From Delftia acidovorans NBRC 14950 (GTDB lineage: Bacteria; Pseudomonadota; Gammaproteobacteria; Burkholderiales; Burkholderiaceae_C), in NCBI RefSeq assembly GCF_001598795.1, contig NZ_BCZP01000006.1, positions 60,001-92,000 on the forward strand: a stretch of DNA of 32,000 nt, given 5' to 3'. The position numbers were made by a program, and so were the translations under genes. Below, in pieces: positions 16,611 to 25,147 of the stretch. The notes beneath the pieces were generated by a model. That model had not been told where the DNA came from. It saw only the letters and a program-made list of their open reading frames with translations, and searched no databases. Each line of letters begins with the position of its first letter. The first letter of the stretch is position 1.

Positions 16611-17677
16611 GACACAAACCTCCGCATGGCCAGTCCGCAGGCGGTCAGGTAGGCGGGAGCCTCGCGCGACATGCGCTTGAGGCGTACGCCGCTGCCGACT
16701 TCCATTCCATCAAAAGGATTGGCCAAGCTGCAGGCAAAACCCGTTTGCTGCGTGATGGCCTCGGACAGGCCGGAAAGTGGGGCCGAGCCGCCTGCCAGCA
16801 GGATGTGGTCTATGCGGTTGTGGGGCGTACTGGTGAAAAAGAACTGCAGTGCGCGCGACACTTCCTGCGTCATGCTTTGCACAAAGGGCTTGAGCACGGC
16901 GGACGCGTAGTCCTCCGGAAGTTCGCCGCTGCGCTTCTTGGACTCGGCCTCTTCGAGCGAGAAACCATATTGGCGCGCGATCAGTTGCGTCAGCTGTGCG
17001 CCGCCAAAGGCCTGGTCCCGGTCATACAGCACCTCGTCGTCGCGCAGGATCTGCATGCTGGTCGTCATGGCGCCCAACTCGAACAAGGCCACAAGGGCGT
17101 TGTTGCCCTGATTGGGCAGGCGCTCGATCAGCCGTGCAGCCGCCATGCGGGAGGCGTGGGGCTCGATGTCGATGACCATGGGCTTGAGGCCGGCCGCCTC
17201 GGCCAGGCCCTGGCGGTCCTGGACCTTCTCGCGGCGCGATGCGGCAATGAGCACGTCCACATCGCCGGGTGAATTCGATGACGGGCCTATGACGCAGAAG
17301 TCCAGACTCACTTCATCGAGCGAGAATGGAATGTACTGATTGGCCTCGGATTCGACCTGGACCTCCAATTCCTGCTCGCTCATGCCGTCCGGCAGCGAAA
17401 TCTTCTTGGTGATCACGGCCGAGGCCGGCAGGGCCATGGCCACGTTCTTGGTCCGCGTGCCGCTTTTTTTGACCAGTCGCCGTACAGCCTCTGCCACTTC
17501 GTCGAACTTTTCGATGTTGCCGTCCGTGATCCATCCCCGCTCCAGCGGTTCGATGGCACAGCGCTCCAGCAACAGTTCGCCCGACTTGGCACGAGACAAC
17601 TCAACGAGCTTGGCGCTCGAAGAACTGATGTCGATGCCTAGCAAAGGTGCGGGCTGGCGACTGAATAAGGATCCCAT
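16607..17677 (-). CDS. pilM: Type IV pilus cytoplasmic actin-like ATPase-fold protein PilM
   Basis: Start ATG 17677 (MGSLFSR...LLGIDISSSSAKLVEL) follows a GAGGGAGGG SD. The 48 codons further upstream in the ORF track lie in an AT-rich promoter region. Confidence 0.9.
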   Translation of the reverse strand: MGSLFSRQPAPLLGIDISSSSAKLVELSRAKSGELLLERCAIEPLERGWITDGNIEKFDEVAEAVRRLVKKSGTRTKNVAMALPASAVITKKISLPDGMSEQELEVQVESEANQYIPFSLDEVSLDFCVIGPSSNSPGDVDVLIAASRREKVQDRQGLAEAAGLKPMVIDIEPHASRMAAARLIERLPNQGNNALVALFELGAMTTSMQILRDDEVLYDRDQAFGGAQLTQLIARQYGFSLEEAESKKRSGELPEDYASAVLKPFVQSMTQEVSRALQFFFTSTPHNRIDHILLAGGSAPLSGLSEAITQQTGFACSLANPFDGMEVGSGVRLKRMSREAPAYLTACGLAMRRFVS

Positions 17678-17961
17678 AGCAATCAACTTGCCCTCCCTCT
17701 TCTTGTGTATGTAAAGAACGCAACAAACCTTCACATATAGGTTGAATGCTATCAGCAAGACTGTGCGCAGCTCACCATGCCAGCCGGAGCACGCTTGGCG
17801 GTAGTGGCCAAAAACAGACATTATTGCGGGCCATCAAATGCGACATGAATGCACCCCTGCTTGCATGTCGGCCTGCACGCCTGGCTTAGGATGCGTGGCT
17901 TGCGGCCATGCTGGCAACCGTGTGCAGCCGTCTCCTACCGTCCTTCTGGGGCACGCATTTT

Positions 17962-17967
17962 TATAAT
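17962..17967 (+). promoter_or_regulatory. Candidate -10 element (perfect TATAAT) for the PBP1A gene
   Basis: TATAAT at 17962-17967 lies 28 nt upstream of ATG 17995. No good -35 element was seen, so this is weak. It lies inside the longer ORF-track version of the gene. Confidence 0.3.
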
Positions 17968-17994
17968 GCGGCACTCCTCAGCACTCCCTGCGAC

Positions 17995-20382
17995 ATGCCG
18001 TCTTCAGACTCCCGAGAACCCCAGGCTGCAAAGCCTCGCTCCGCCCCATCCAAGCCCATGCACTGGTTTCCCAAGGCCTTGCTATGGCTGGCGGGCATCG
18101 CCGTCGCCGGCGCGCTGGCCTTGATGCTGACCGTGGCCGTGGCCCTGGCCATGGCCTACCCCAACCTGCCCGACGTGTCCGAGCTGGCCGATTACCGGCC
18201 CAAGCTGCCGCTGCGCGTGTACTCCAGCGAAGGCGCCCTGCTGGGTGAATTTGGCGAGGAGCGGCGCACGCTGACCCCCATCCAGGACATCCCCAAGGTG
18301 ATGACGGACGCCGTGCTGGCCATTGAAGACACGCGCTTTTTCGAGCATGGCGGCGTGGACTACAAGGGAATGGCCCGCGCCGCGCTGGCCAATCTGGGCC
18401 GCGTGAAAAGCCAGGGCGCATCGACTATCACCATGCAGGTGGCGCGCAACGTCTATCTGTCTTCCGAGAAAACTTTTACACGCAAAATTTACGAAGTCTT
18501 ACTGACTTTTAAGCTAGAGCATCTGTTGAGCAAAAACCAGATTCTCGAGATCTACATGAACCAGATTTATCTGGGAAATCGCGCCTATGGCTTTGCTGCT
18601 GCCTGTGAAGCCTATTTCGGCAAGCCACTGAAGGACATCACGGTGGCCGAGGCGGCCATGCTGGCAGGCCTGCCCAAGGCACCATCGGCCTACAACCCGA
18701 TCAGCAATCCCAAGCGCGCCCGCTCGCGCCAGCTCTACATCATCGAGCGCATGGAGGAAAACGGCTTCATCACCTCCGCCCAGGCCACTGAAGCCAAGGC
18801 CGAGCCGCTGAAGATCCGCACGGGCTCCTTCAACACCCGCGTGCATGCCGAATACGTGGCCGAGATGGCACGCCAGCTGATCTTTGCCCAGTACGGCAAC
18901 GAAGCCTATACGCGCGGCCTGAACGTCTACACCACCATCAATGCCGGCGAACAGGAAGCCGCCTACGCCTCGCTGCGCCGGGGCATCATGGACTACGAGC
19001 GCCGCCAGAAATACCGCGGTCCCGAAAAGTTCGTGGCCCTGCCGGCCGACGCCGAGGACCGTGAAGACGCCATTGACGACACCCTGGCTAACCACCCCGA
19101 CAACGGTGATGTGCTCGCCGCCGTGGTGCTGGATGCCAATCCGCGCAAGATCCTAGCGGCACGCGCCGACGGCGAACAGATCGAGATCACGGGTGAAGGC
19201 CTGAAACCCGCCGAATCGGGCCTGAACCCCAAGGCACCGCCCAACATCAAGATCCGTCCCGGTGCCGTGATCCGCGTGGTCAAGACGCCCAAGAACACCT
19301 GGGAAATCACGCAGCTGCCCGAAGTGGAAGGCGCCTTCGTGGCCCTGGTCCCCCAGACAGGCGCCTTGCGCGCCCTGATCGGCGGCTTCGACTTCCAGAA
19401 GAACAAGTTCAACCACGTGACCCAGGCTTGGCGCCAGCCCGGCTCGGCCTTCAAGCCCTTCATCTACTCTGCGGCACTGGAAAAAGGCTTCTCGCCTTCC
19501 ACCATGATCAATGACGCGCCGCTGTTCTTCAGCGCCGGCGTGACGGGTGGCCAGCCATGGGAGCCCAAGAACTACGACAGCCGTTACGACGGGCCGATGA
19601 CCATGCGCACGGGCTTGAACAAGTCCAAGAACATGATCTCCATCCGCCTGCTCCAGGCCGTGGGACCCAAGCAGGGCCAGGAGTGGGTCACGCGCTTCGG
19701 CTTTGACGCCGCCAAGCATCCGGCCTACCTGACCATGGCGCTGGGTGCCGGAGCGGTCACGCCGCTGCAGTTGGCTGCCGGCTACTCCGTGTTCGCCAAT
19801 GGCGGCCACCGCGTCAACCCCTGGCTGATTGCCCGTGTCACCGATCACAAGGGCCGCATCCTGTCCGAATTCACGCCGCCCCCGGTGCAGGAACTGCCCC
19901 AGGCCATCGACGCGCGCAACGCCTTCATCATGGACAGCCTGCTGCAGGACGTGGCGCGCGTGGGCACGGCAGCACGCGCGCAGTCCACGCTCAAGCGTCC
20001 CGACCTGTACGGCAAGACGGGCACGACCAACGACTCGGTGGATGCCTGGTTCGCAGGCTTCCAGCCCACGCTGGCCGCAGTGTCCTGGATCGGCTACGAC
20101 ACGCCGCGCAACCTGGGCAGCCGCGAGACGGGCGGCGGACTGAGCCTGCCCATCTGGATCGGCTTCATGCAGCATGCCCTCAAGGGCGTGCCGGTGGCAG
20201 AGATGCCTGTGCCCCCTGGCGTCGTGAACATGGGCGGTGAGTGGTACTACGAGGAAAACGCGCGCAACGGCGGCGTCAGCAGCCTGGGCATGGACAGCGC
20301 CTCCTCGGGCGGCGCTGCAGGCGCCACGCCCCCGCCCGCCACCGAGGAGCGCAACCGCATCCTCGACCTCTTCCGCAACTGA
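17995..20382 (+). CDS. mrcA: Penicillin-binding protein 1A (bifunctional glycosyltransferase/transpeptidase)
   Basis: The GT51 motif AIEDTRFFEHGGVD is present, with transpeptidase motifs GSAFKPF (SxxK), SKN and KTGTTND. It is divergent from pilM, as in Pseudomonas ponA. The start is uncertain among 17908, 17995 and 18058; I chose 17995 because of the TATAAT at 17962. Confidence 0.88.
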   Translation: MPSSDSREPQAAKPRSAPSKPMHWFPKALLWLAGIAVAGALALMLTVAVALAMAYPNLPDVSELADYRPKLPLRVYSSEGALLGEFGEERRTLTPIQDIPKVMTDAVLAIEDTRFFEHGGVDYKGMARAALANLGRVKSQGASTITMQVARNVYLSSEKTFTRKIYEVLLTFKLEHLLSKNQILEIYMNQIYLGNRAYGFAAACEAYFGKPLKDITVAEAAMLAGLPKAPSAYNPISNPKRARSRQLYIIERMEENGFITSAQATEAKAEPLKIRTGSFNTRVHAEYVAEMARQLIFAQYGNEAYTRGLNVYTTINAGEQEAAYASLRRGIMDYERRQKYRGPEKFVALPADAEDREDAIDDTLANHPDNGDVLAAVVLDANPRKILAARADGEQIEITGEGLKPAESGLNPKAPPNIKIRPGAVIRVVKTPKNTWEITQLPEVEGAFVALVPQTGALRALIGGFDFQKNKFNHVTQAWRQPGSAFKPFIYSAALEKGFSPSTMINDAPLFFSAGVTGGQPWEPKNYDSRYDGPMTMRTGLNKSKNMISIRLLQAVGPKQGQEWVTRFGFDAAKHPAYLTMALGAGAVTPLQLAAGYSVFANGGHRVNPWLIARVTDHKGRILSEFTPPPVQELPQAIDARNAFIMDSLLQDVARVGTAARAQSTLKRPDLYGKTGTTNDSVDAWFAGFQPTLAAVSWIGYDTPRNLGSRETGGGLSLPIWIGFMQHALKGVPVAEMPVPPGVVNMGGEWYYEENARNGGVSSLGMDSASSGGAAGATPPPATEERNRILDLFRN

Positions 20383-20407
20383 CCGCCACACAAGCGGTTG
20401 ACCACGC

Positions 20408-20436
20408 AAGAAAGCCCGGCCATGCCGGGCTTTCTT
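20408..20436. terminator. Bidirectional rho-independent terminator between mrcA and cyaY
   Basis: AAGAAAGCCCGGC-CAT-GCCGGGCTTTCTT is a perfect palindrome. A GC-rich stem is flanked by A-rich and T-rich runs on both strands. Confidence 0.85.
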
Positions 20437-20461
20437 CATGGAGCCTGCCGATAACGGCGGA

Positions 20462-20800
20462 TCAGCGTGCCGAGAACTGCAGCGCCAGGCCCGACTGCTC
20501 GGTGGCGTAGCGGCTCAGGTTGGCGAAGAACTCGCCCGCGCCCTTGGTATCGAGCCAGGCGCCCTGCGCCGCGTCGTAGCGGTAGTGAAAGCCTCCGGCC
20601 TTGGCCGCCAGCCAGATCTCGTGCAGCGGTTTTTGCTGGTTGATCACGATCTGGCTGCGGTTGGCAAAGACCAGGGTCACCATGCCACCCACGCGCTGGG
20701 CATCGAGGTCGGCATCGGTTTCATCGTTGATGCGATCGCAGTCTTGCTCAACGGCCAGAAGCAGTCGTTCGGCAAGGTCCAGAAATTCTTGGTCGGTCAT
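20462..20800 (-). CDS. cyaY: Iron donor protein CyaY (bacterial frataxin)
   Basis: Start ATG 20800 ([14 protein letters not shown]). The acidic ridge [22 protein letters not shown] and the size of about 112 aa are typical of CyaY. Confidence 0.85.
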   Translation of the reverse strand: MTDQEFLDLAERLLLAVEQDCDRINDETDADLDAQRVGGMVTLVFANRSQIVINQQKPLHEIWLAAKAGGFHYRYDAAQGAWLDTKGAGEFFANLSRYATEQSGLALQFSAR

Positions 20801-20812
20801 TACAATTCGCTT

Positions 20813-21094
20813 ATGTTGAAAGCCTCGCAAATTCTAGTCAGGTGCATTGCCCTTGGCGCCTGTGCGGCGTCCCTGGCCGCCTGCGGCCAGAAAGGCCCGC
20901 TGTTTCTGCCCAGCTCGCCTGCGGCCAGCCACCGCGCCACACTGCCGCAGACCCTGGGCATTTCCAGCCCGGCCGAGCGTGCAACGCCCGCGCCTGCACC
21001 CACCACCTTGCCCGCTGGCCCGTCAAGTGCCGCCGTCGAGGAAAGCTCGACACCCACCGGCACCACGGACTCCCGCAAGCAGCAGGCCGACTGA
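20813..21094 (+). CDS. lptM: Small lipoprotein of the LptM (YifL) type
   Basis: The signal peptide with lipobox LAAC is followed by GQKGPLFLP, which matches the conserved CG-x-KGPL-x-x-P N-terminus of E. coli YifL/LptM. The tail is Pro/Ala/Thr-rich. It is divergent from cyaY, as in E. coli. Confidence 0.65.
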   Translation: MLKASQILVRCIALGACAASLAACGQKGPLFLPSSPAASHRATLPQTLGISSPAERATPAPAPTTLPAGPSSAAVEESSTPTGTTDSRKQQAD

Positions 21095-21185
21095 GTCGGC
21101 AGCCGCGCCGCGGCTTGATGCACATCAACACCGCTGCCAGGCATGGCGCTTAGAGTGACTTTCTCTTGTCCCTCGACAACCCGCC

Positions 21186-22013
21186 ATGCCCGTAGAGCTC
21201 TACCGAGACAAAAACCACGCCTGCCTGATGTTCACCGACCTCATCGAGGAAGATGGACAGGCCATACAGGCCAATCAGTTCCTCATCGTCGATGACGACA
21301 CGGGTGCCATCATCGACCCGGGCGGCAATCTCGCATTCAACGAGCTGTTCATGGGCATGTCGCGGCATTTCGCGCCGCACAAGCTGTCCTATCTGATCGC
21401 TTCCCACGCCGACCCCGACATCATTGCCTCGCTGGACCGCTGGATGACCAGCACCAAGGCACAACTGGTGATCTCGCGCATCTGGGAGCGCTTCGCGCCC
21501 CACTTCACCAAGGTCGGCAAGACCGAAAACCGCGTGATCGGCGTGCCGGACGCCGGTGGCCGGCTGCCGCTGGGCCGCCATGAACTGCACCTGCTGCCCG
21601 CCCACTTCCTGCATGCCGAAGGCAACTTCCACTTCTACGACCCGGTCAGCCGCATCCTCTTCACGGGCGACCTGGGCGTGTCCCTGATGAACGGCATCGA
21701 GGCGCAGGTGCCCGTGACCGACCTCGTGCCGCACATCGCCCGCATGGAAGGTTTTCACCGCCGATACATGGTCTCCAACAAGATCCTGCGGCTGTGGGTG
21801 CAGATGGCGCGCCAGTTGCCCATCGACATGATCGTGCCCCAGCACGGCGCGCCCATCATGGGCGCCAAGGCGATTGCCGACCTGTTCAATTGGCTCGAAG
21901 GCCTGCAGTGCGGCATCGACCTGTTCGACCAGCGCAACTACCAGTTGCCCATGGCGGACATCGACCCGGTGACCCGCCAGCTGCGTCCTGCCCTGCGCGC
22001 CGTGGCCGGCTAG
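21186..22013 (+). CDS. MBL-fold protein resembling the di-iron domain of flavodiiron/ODP proteins, with no flavodoxin module
   Basis: Layout: NQFLIVDDDTGAIIDPGG ... LIASHADPDIIASL (a variant of HxExDH) ... LLPAHFLHAEGNF ... ILFTGDLG ... IVPQHGAPI. The subfamily assignment is from memory of motif order only. Confidence 0.7.
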   Translation: MPVELYRDKNHACLMFTDLIEEDGQAIQANQFLIVDDDTGAIIDPGGNLAFNELFMGMSRHFAPHKLSYLIASHADPDIIASLDRWMTSTKAQLVISRIWERFAPHFTKVGKTENRVIGVPDAGGRLPLGRHELHLLPAHFLHAEGNFHFYDPVSRILFTGDLGVSLMNGIEAQVPVTDLVPHIARMEGFHRRYMVSNKILRLWVQMARQLPIDMIVPQHGAPIMGAKAIADLFNWLEGLQCGIDLFDQRNYQLPMADIDPVTRQLRPALRAVAG

Positions 22014-22630
22014 CGCCTGGCGCGCCGGCGGCGCAGTACATGGACCACGCGCCAGGCCAGCAGCAGCGCAAGAATGGCGGCGTACACGCCGACCTCGGCA
22101 AAGTTGTTCTTGCCTGCGCGCATCCAGAAGAAATGCAACAGGGCCAGCGGCGCGACCGCATAGATACAGCGGTGCAGCCATTGCCAGCGCCTGCCGCCCA
22201 TGGCGCGCATGACACGGTGCGGTGAAGTCACCGCCAGAGCGGTCAGCAAGAGCAGCGCCGCAAAGCCCACCAGGATGAATGGGCGCTTCGGGATGTCGAG
22301 CACGATCTCGCCCCAGTCCAGCCCCATGTCGAACCATGCATAGCACAGCAGGTGCAGCAGCGCGTAGAAGAACACATACAGGCCCAGCATGCGCCTGAAG
22401 CGCGCCAGTGCCGTCAGTCCCAGCGCCTGGCGCAGCGGTGTCACGGCCAGCACCACGCACAGAAAGCGCAAGGTCCAGTCACCAGTGGAGCGCAGCAAGG
22501 CCTCGGCCGGATTGGCGCCAAGCGTGTTCAGGATGGCTCCAGCCAGCAGCCACGCAAACGGCAGCAGGCACGCAAGAAACACCAGCGGCTTGGCCGTCCG
22601 GTGCAGCAAAAGACGCTGCACCGCCGTCAT
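22010..22630 (-). CDS. msrQ: Protein-methionine-sulfoxide reductase heme-binding membrane subunit MsrQ (YedZ)
   Basis: Start ATG 22630 lies 13 nt after the msrP stop. The protein is polytopic, with conserved His residues (LHLLCY, LHRCIY) and an LLRSTGDWTLRFL start typical of YedZ. Confidence 0.85.
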   Translation of the reverse strand: MTAVQRLLLHRTAKPLVFLACLLPFAWLLAGAILNTLGANPAEALLRSTGDWTLRFLCVVLAVTPLRQALGLTALARFRRMLGLYVFFYALLHLLCYAWFDMGLDWGEIVLDIPKRPFILVGFAALLLLTALAVTSPHRVMRAMGGRRWQWLHRCIYAVAPLALLHFFWMRAGKNNFAEVGVYAAILALLLAWRVVHVLRRRRARR

Positions 22631-22643
22631 TGCATTGGCCACA

Positions 22644-23624
22644 TCAATAGAACTTCTTGAGGTCCATGCCCGCGTAGAGCTGGCCCACCTGGGCTTCGTA
22701 GCCGTTGAACAGCTGCGTCTTGCGCTTCTTGGCGAACAGGCCGTCTTCGCCAATGCGCCGCTCCGTGGCCTGGCTCCAGCGCGGGTGCGGCACGTCGGGG
22801 TTCACATTGGAATAAAAGCCGTACTCGTTGCGCGCCGCCTTGTTCCAGGCCGTGCCCGGCTCCTTGTCGGTCAGGCGGATGGCGACGATGCTCTTGGCGC
22901 TCTTGAAGCCGTACTTCCACGGCACGACCAGCCGCACGGGCGCGCCATTCTGGTTGGGCAGCACCTCGCCATACATGCCAAAGGCCAGCAGCGTCAGCGG
23001 GTGCATGGCTTCATCAAGGCGCAGCCCCTCGGTGTAAGGCCAGTCCAGCACGCCGCTGCGCAGGCCCGGCATCTGCGCCTTGTCGGCCAGGGTCACGAAT
23101 TCCACGTACTTGGCACTGCCCAGCGGCTGCACCTTGCGCAGCAGCTCGGCCAGGGAATAGCCCACCCAGGGAATCACCATGGACCAGCCCTCCACGCAGC
23201 GCAGCCGGTAGATGCGTTCTTCCTGTGGAGCGAGCTTGAGCAGCGCATCCAGGTCCAGCGTCTGCGGCTGCTGGACCAGACCCTCGATCTTCACCGTCCA
23301 GGGACGGGTCTTGAGCGTGTGGGCATTCTTGGCAGGATCGTCCTTGTCCAGCCCGAATTCATAGAAGTTGTTGTACTGGGACACATCGGCATAGGCCGTG
23401 ACACGGTCCATGGTGTTTGCGCCCACTACCTGGGAAGGCACGGAGGCCAGTGCCGCCAGCTTGCCGGGGCGCTGCACGCCCGCCGCCCAGCCGGGCAAGG
23501 CCGCGCCCGCCGAGCCTGCGGCCAGGTACTGCAGCCAGGCACGGCGCTTGAGGTAGCCTGCCCGGGGCGTGATCTCGCTGCCTTGCGGGTGTTGGAAGCC
23601 GTTGTCGTGGGAGCGGATCAGCAT
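22644..23624 (-). CDS. msrP: Protein-methionine-sulfoxide reductase catalytic Mo-cofactor subunit MsrP (YedY)
   Basis: Start ATG 23624 lies 6 nt after an AGGAGA SD. The Tat signal is [39 protein letters not shown] and [15 protein letters not shown] are YedY signatures. Confidence 0.9.
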   Translation of the reverse strand: MLIRSHDNGFQHPQGSEITPRAGYLKRRAWLQYLAAGSAGAALPGWAAGVQRPGKLAALASVPSQVVGANTMDRVTAYADVSQYNNFYEFGLDKDDPAKNAHTLKTRPWTVKIEGLVQQPQTLDLDALLKLAPQEERIYRLRCVEGWSMVIPWVGYSLAELLRKVQPLGSAKYVEFVTLADKAQMPGLRSGVLDWPYTEGLRLDEAMHPLTLLAFGMYGEVLPNQNGAPVRLVVPWKYGFKSAKSIVAIRLTDKEPGTAWNKAARNEYGFYSNVNPDVPHPRWSQATERRIGEDGLFAKKRKTQLFNGYEAQVGQLYAGMDLKKFY

Positions 23625-23734
23625 GGGAATCTCCTGGTGTGCCGGCGGGCACGGGGCGCTATTGCTGGCGATATGGCGATTGGGAGCCTCGCAGGCGCGC
23701 GCAAGTTCCCTGCGGCACCGATGCGATGGTGCAC

Positions 23735-23767
23735 GAAAAAGCGGCATGCGCCTGAACGCATGCCGCT
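23735..23767 (-). terminator. Rho-independent terminator after ccsA
   Basis: On the minus strand: AGCGGCATGCG, loop TTCAGG, CGCATGCCGCT, then TTTT. The 11-bp stem is perfect and begins 40 nt after the ccsA stop. Confidence 0.8.
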
Positions 23768-23806
23768 GCCCTTATCTTGCCACTGTCACTCTGCCACTGC
23801 CGTGGC

Positions 23807-25147
23807 TCAAAGCTCGCCGTAGCTGTGCAGCCCCGACAGGAACATGTTCACCCCCAGGAAGGCGAAGGTGGTGATGGCCAGTCCACCCAGCGCCCACCAG
23901 GCGGATACCGTGCCGCGCAGGCCCTTGACCAGGCGCATGTGCAGCCAGGCCGCGTAGTTGAGCCAGACGATCAGCGCCCAGGTTTCCTTGGGGTCCCAGC
24001 TCCAGTAGCCGCCCCAGGCCTCGGCCGCCCACAGAGCGCCCAGCACGGTGGCGATGGTGAAGAAGGCAAAACCCACGGCGATGGATTTGTACATCACATC
24101 GTCCAGCAGCTCGAAGCTGGGCAGGCGCTCGGCGATGCGCTTGCGCGCCAGCAGGATGCCGGCCACGATCAGCGCCGAAACGCCGAAGTACACCATCCAG
24201 TAGCTGCCGCCGTTCTCGGTTGCACCCTTGCGGAAGACGATGGGCTCGAAGCACAGCACCACACCCAGCATCCACAGCGGCGCGAGCTTGTACCAGCGGG
24301 TCTCCGTGGCCTGCTGCTTGATCAGGTAGGCAAAGGAGACCATGGCTGCCAGTGCAAAGGTGCCGTAGCCGATGAAGTTGGCCGGCACGTGCAGCTTCAT
24401 CCACCAGCTCTTGAGTGCCGGTACCAGCGGCTGGATCTCGTGCGCCTCGCGCACCAGCGTGTACCACAGCAAAAAGCCCACGGCCGCGCTGACCACCAGC
24501 ATCACGAAGCCGCCCAGGGCGCGCGTGTCGTAGTGCTGTTCGTAATAGAGATAGAAAAGCGCCGTCATCCAGCAGAACATGACGAACACTTCATAGAGAT
24601 TGCTGACCGGGATGTGGCCCACATCGGGGCCGATCAGGTAGCTCTCGTACCAGCGCACCATGGTGCCCACCAGCGCCAGCGTCACGGCCAGCCAGGCCAG
24701 GCGCGAGCCCAGCAGCGACAGCGCCGTGCCCTCGCCCCGCGCAAACATGCCGATCCAGTAGAAGACGGTGCTCATGAAGAACACCATGCTCATCCAGAGG
24801 ATGGCCGACTGGCTGGACAGGAAGTACTTGAGGCCGAACACCGTGTCCGAGCGAGCCAGTTGCGCCCCTTCAGGCCCCTGGTAGAGCCCGATGGCCAGCA
24901 GCGACAGCCCGGCCACCACCAGCATCAGCCCGCGCAGCGGGCGCCAGAACCAGCCCAGCCAGATGGCCGAGGGAATGGTGCCGACCAGGATGCACTTTTC
25001 GTAGACATCCATGTACTCGCCATAGCGCTGCAGCGCATACAGCAGTCCCGCCGCCACCAGGGCCGCGAACACCCAGTCGAACCAGTTGCGGCGGGCGAAG
25101 AAGCCCTCATTGAGCGTCAAAGTCGTCGTGGTAGTGGCGGTGTTCAT
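23807..25147 (-). CDS. ccsA: System II cytochrome c biogenesis heme-handling protein (CcsA/ResC type)
   Basis: It is polytopic and has the WWD-type motif WGGYWSWDPKETWALIVW plus conserved His residues. The ATG overlaps the upstream stop as ATGA. Confidence 0.9.
   Translation of the reverse strand: MNTATTTTTLTLNEGFFARRNWFDWVFAALVAAGLLYALQRYGEYMDVYEKCILVGTIPSAIWLGWFWRPLRGLMLVVAGLSLLAIGLYQGPEGAQLARSDTVFGLKYFLSSQSAILWMSMVFFMSTVFYWIGMFARGEGTALSLLGSRLAWLAVTLALVGTMVRWYESYLIGPDVGHIPVSNLYEVFVMFCWMTALFYLYYEQHYDTRALGGFVMLVVSAAVGFLLWYTLVREAHEIQPLVPALKSWWMKLHVPANFIGYGTFALAAMVSFAYLIKQQATETRWYKLAPLWMLGVVLCFEPIVFRKGATENGGSYWMVYFGVSALIVAGILLARKRIAERLPSFELLDDVMYKSIAVGFAFFTIATVLGALWAAEAWGGYWSWDPKETWALIVWLNYAAWLHMRLVKGLRGTVSAWWALGGLAITTFAFLGVNMFLSGLHSYGEL

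Noticed and set aside
17766-17784. Sigma-54-like motif TGGCAT-N5-GCTGC on the minus strand upstream of pilM
   Set aside because: The GG-to-GC spacing is off by one relative to the TGGCAC-N5-TTGCW consensus, and the -12 element is poor. pilM operons are not known to need RpoN.
17678-17994. Upstream in-frame extensions of pilM (to 17821) and of the PBP1A gene (from 17908)
   Set aside because: Both extensions lie in the AT-rich divergent promoter region and encode non-conserved, odd-composition peptides. For pilM, the internal ATG has a strong SD and gives the canonical N-terminus. For PBP1A, the TATAAT at 17962 would lie inside the longer version; that start remains uncertain.
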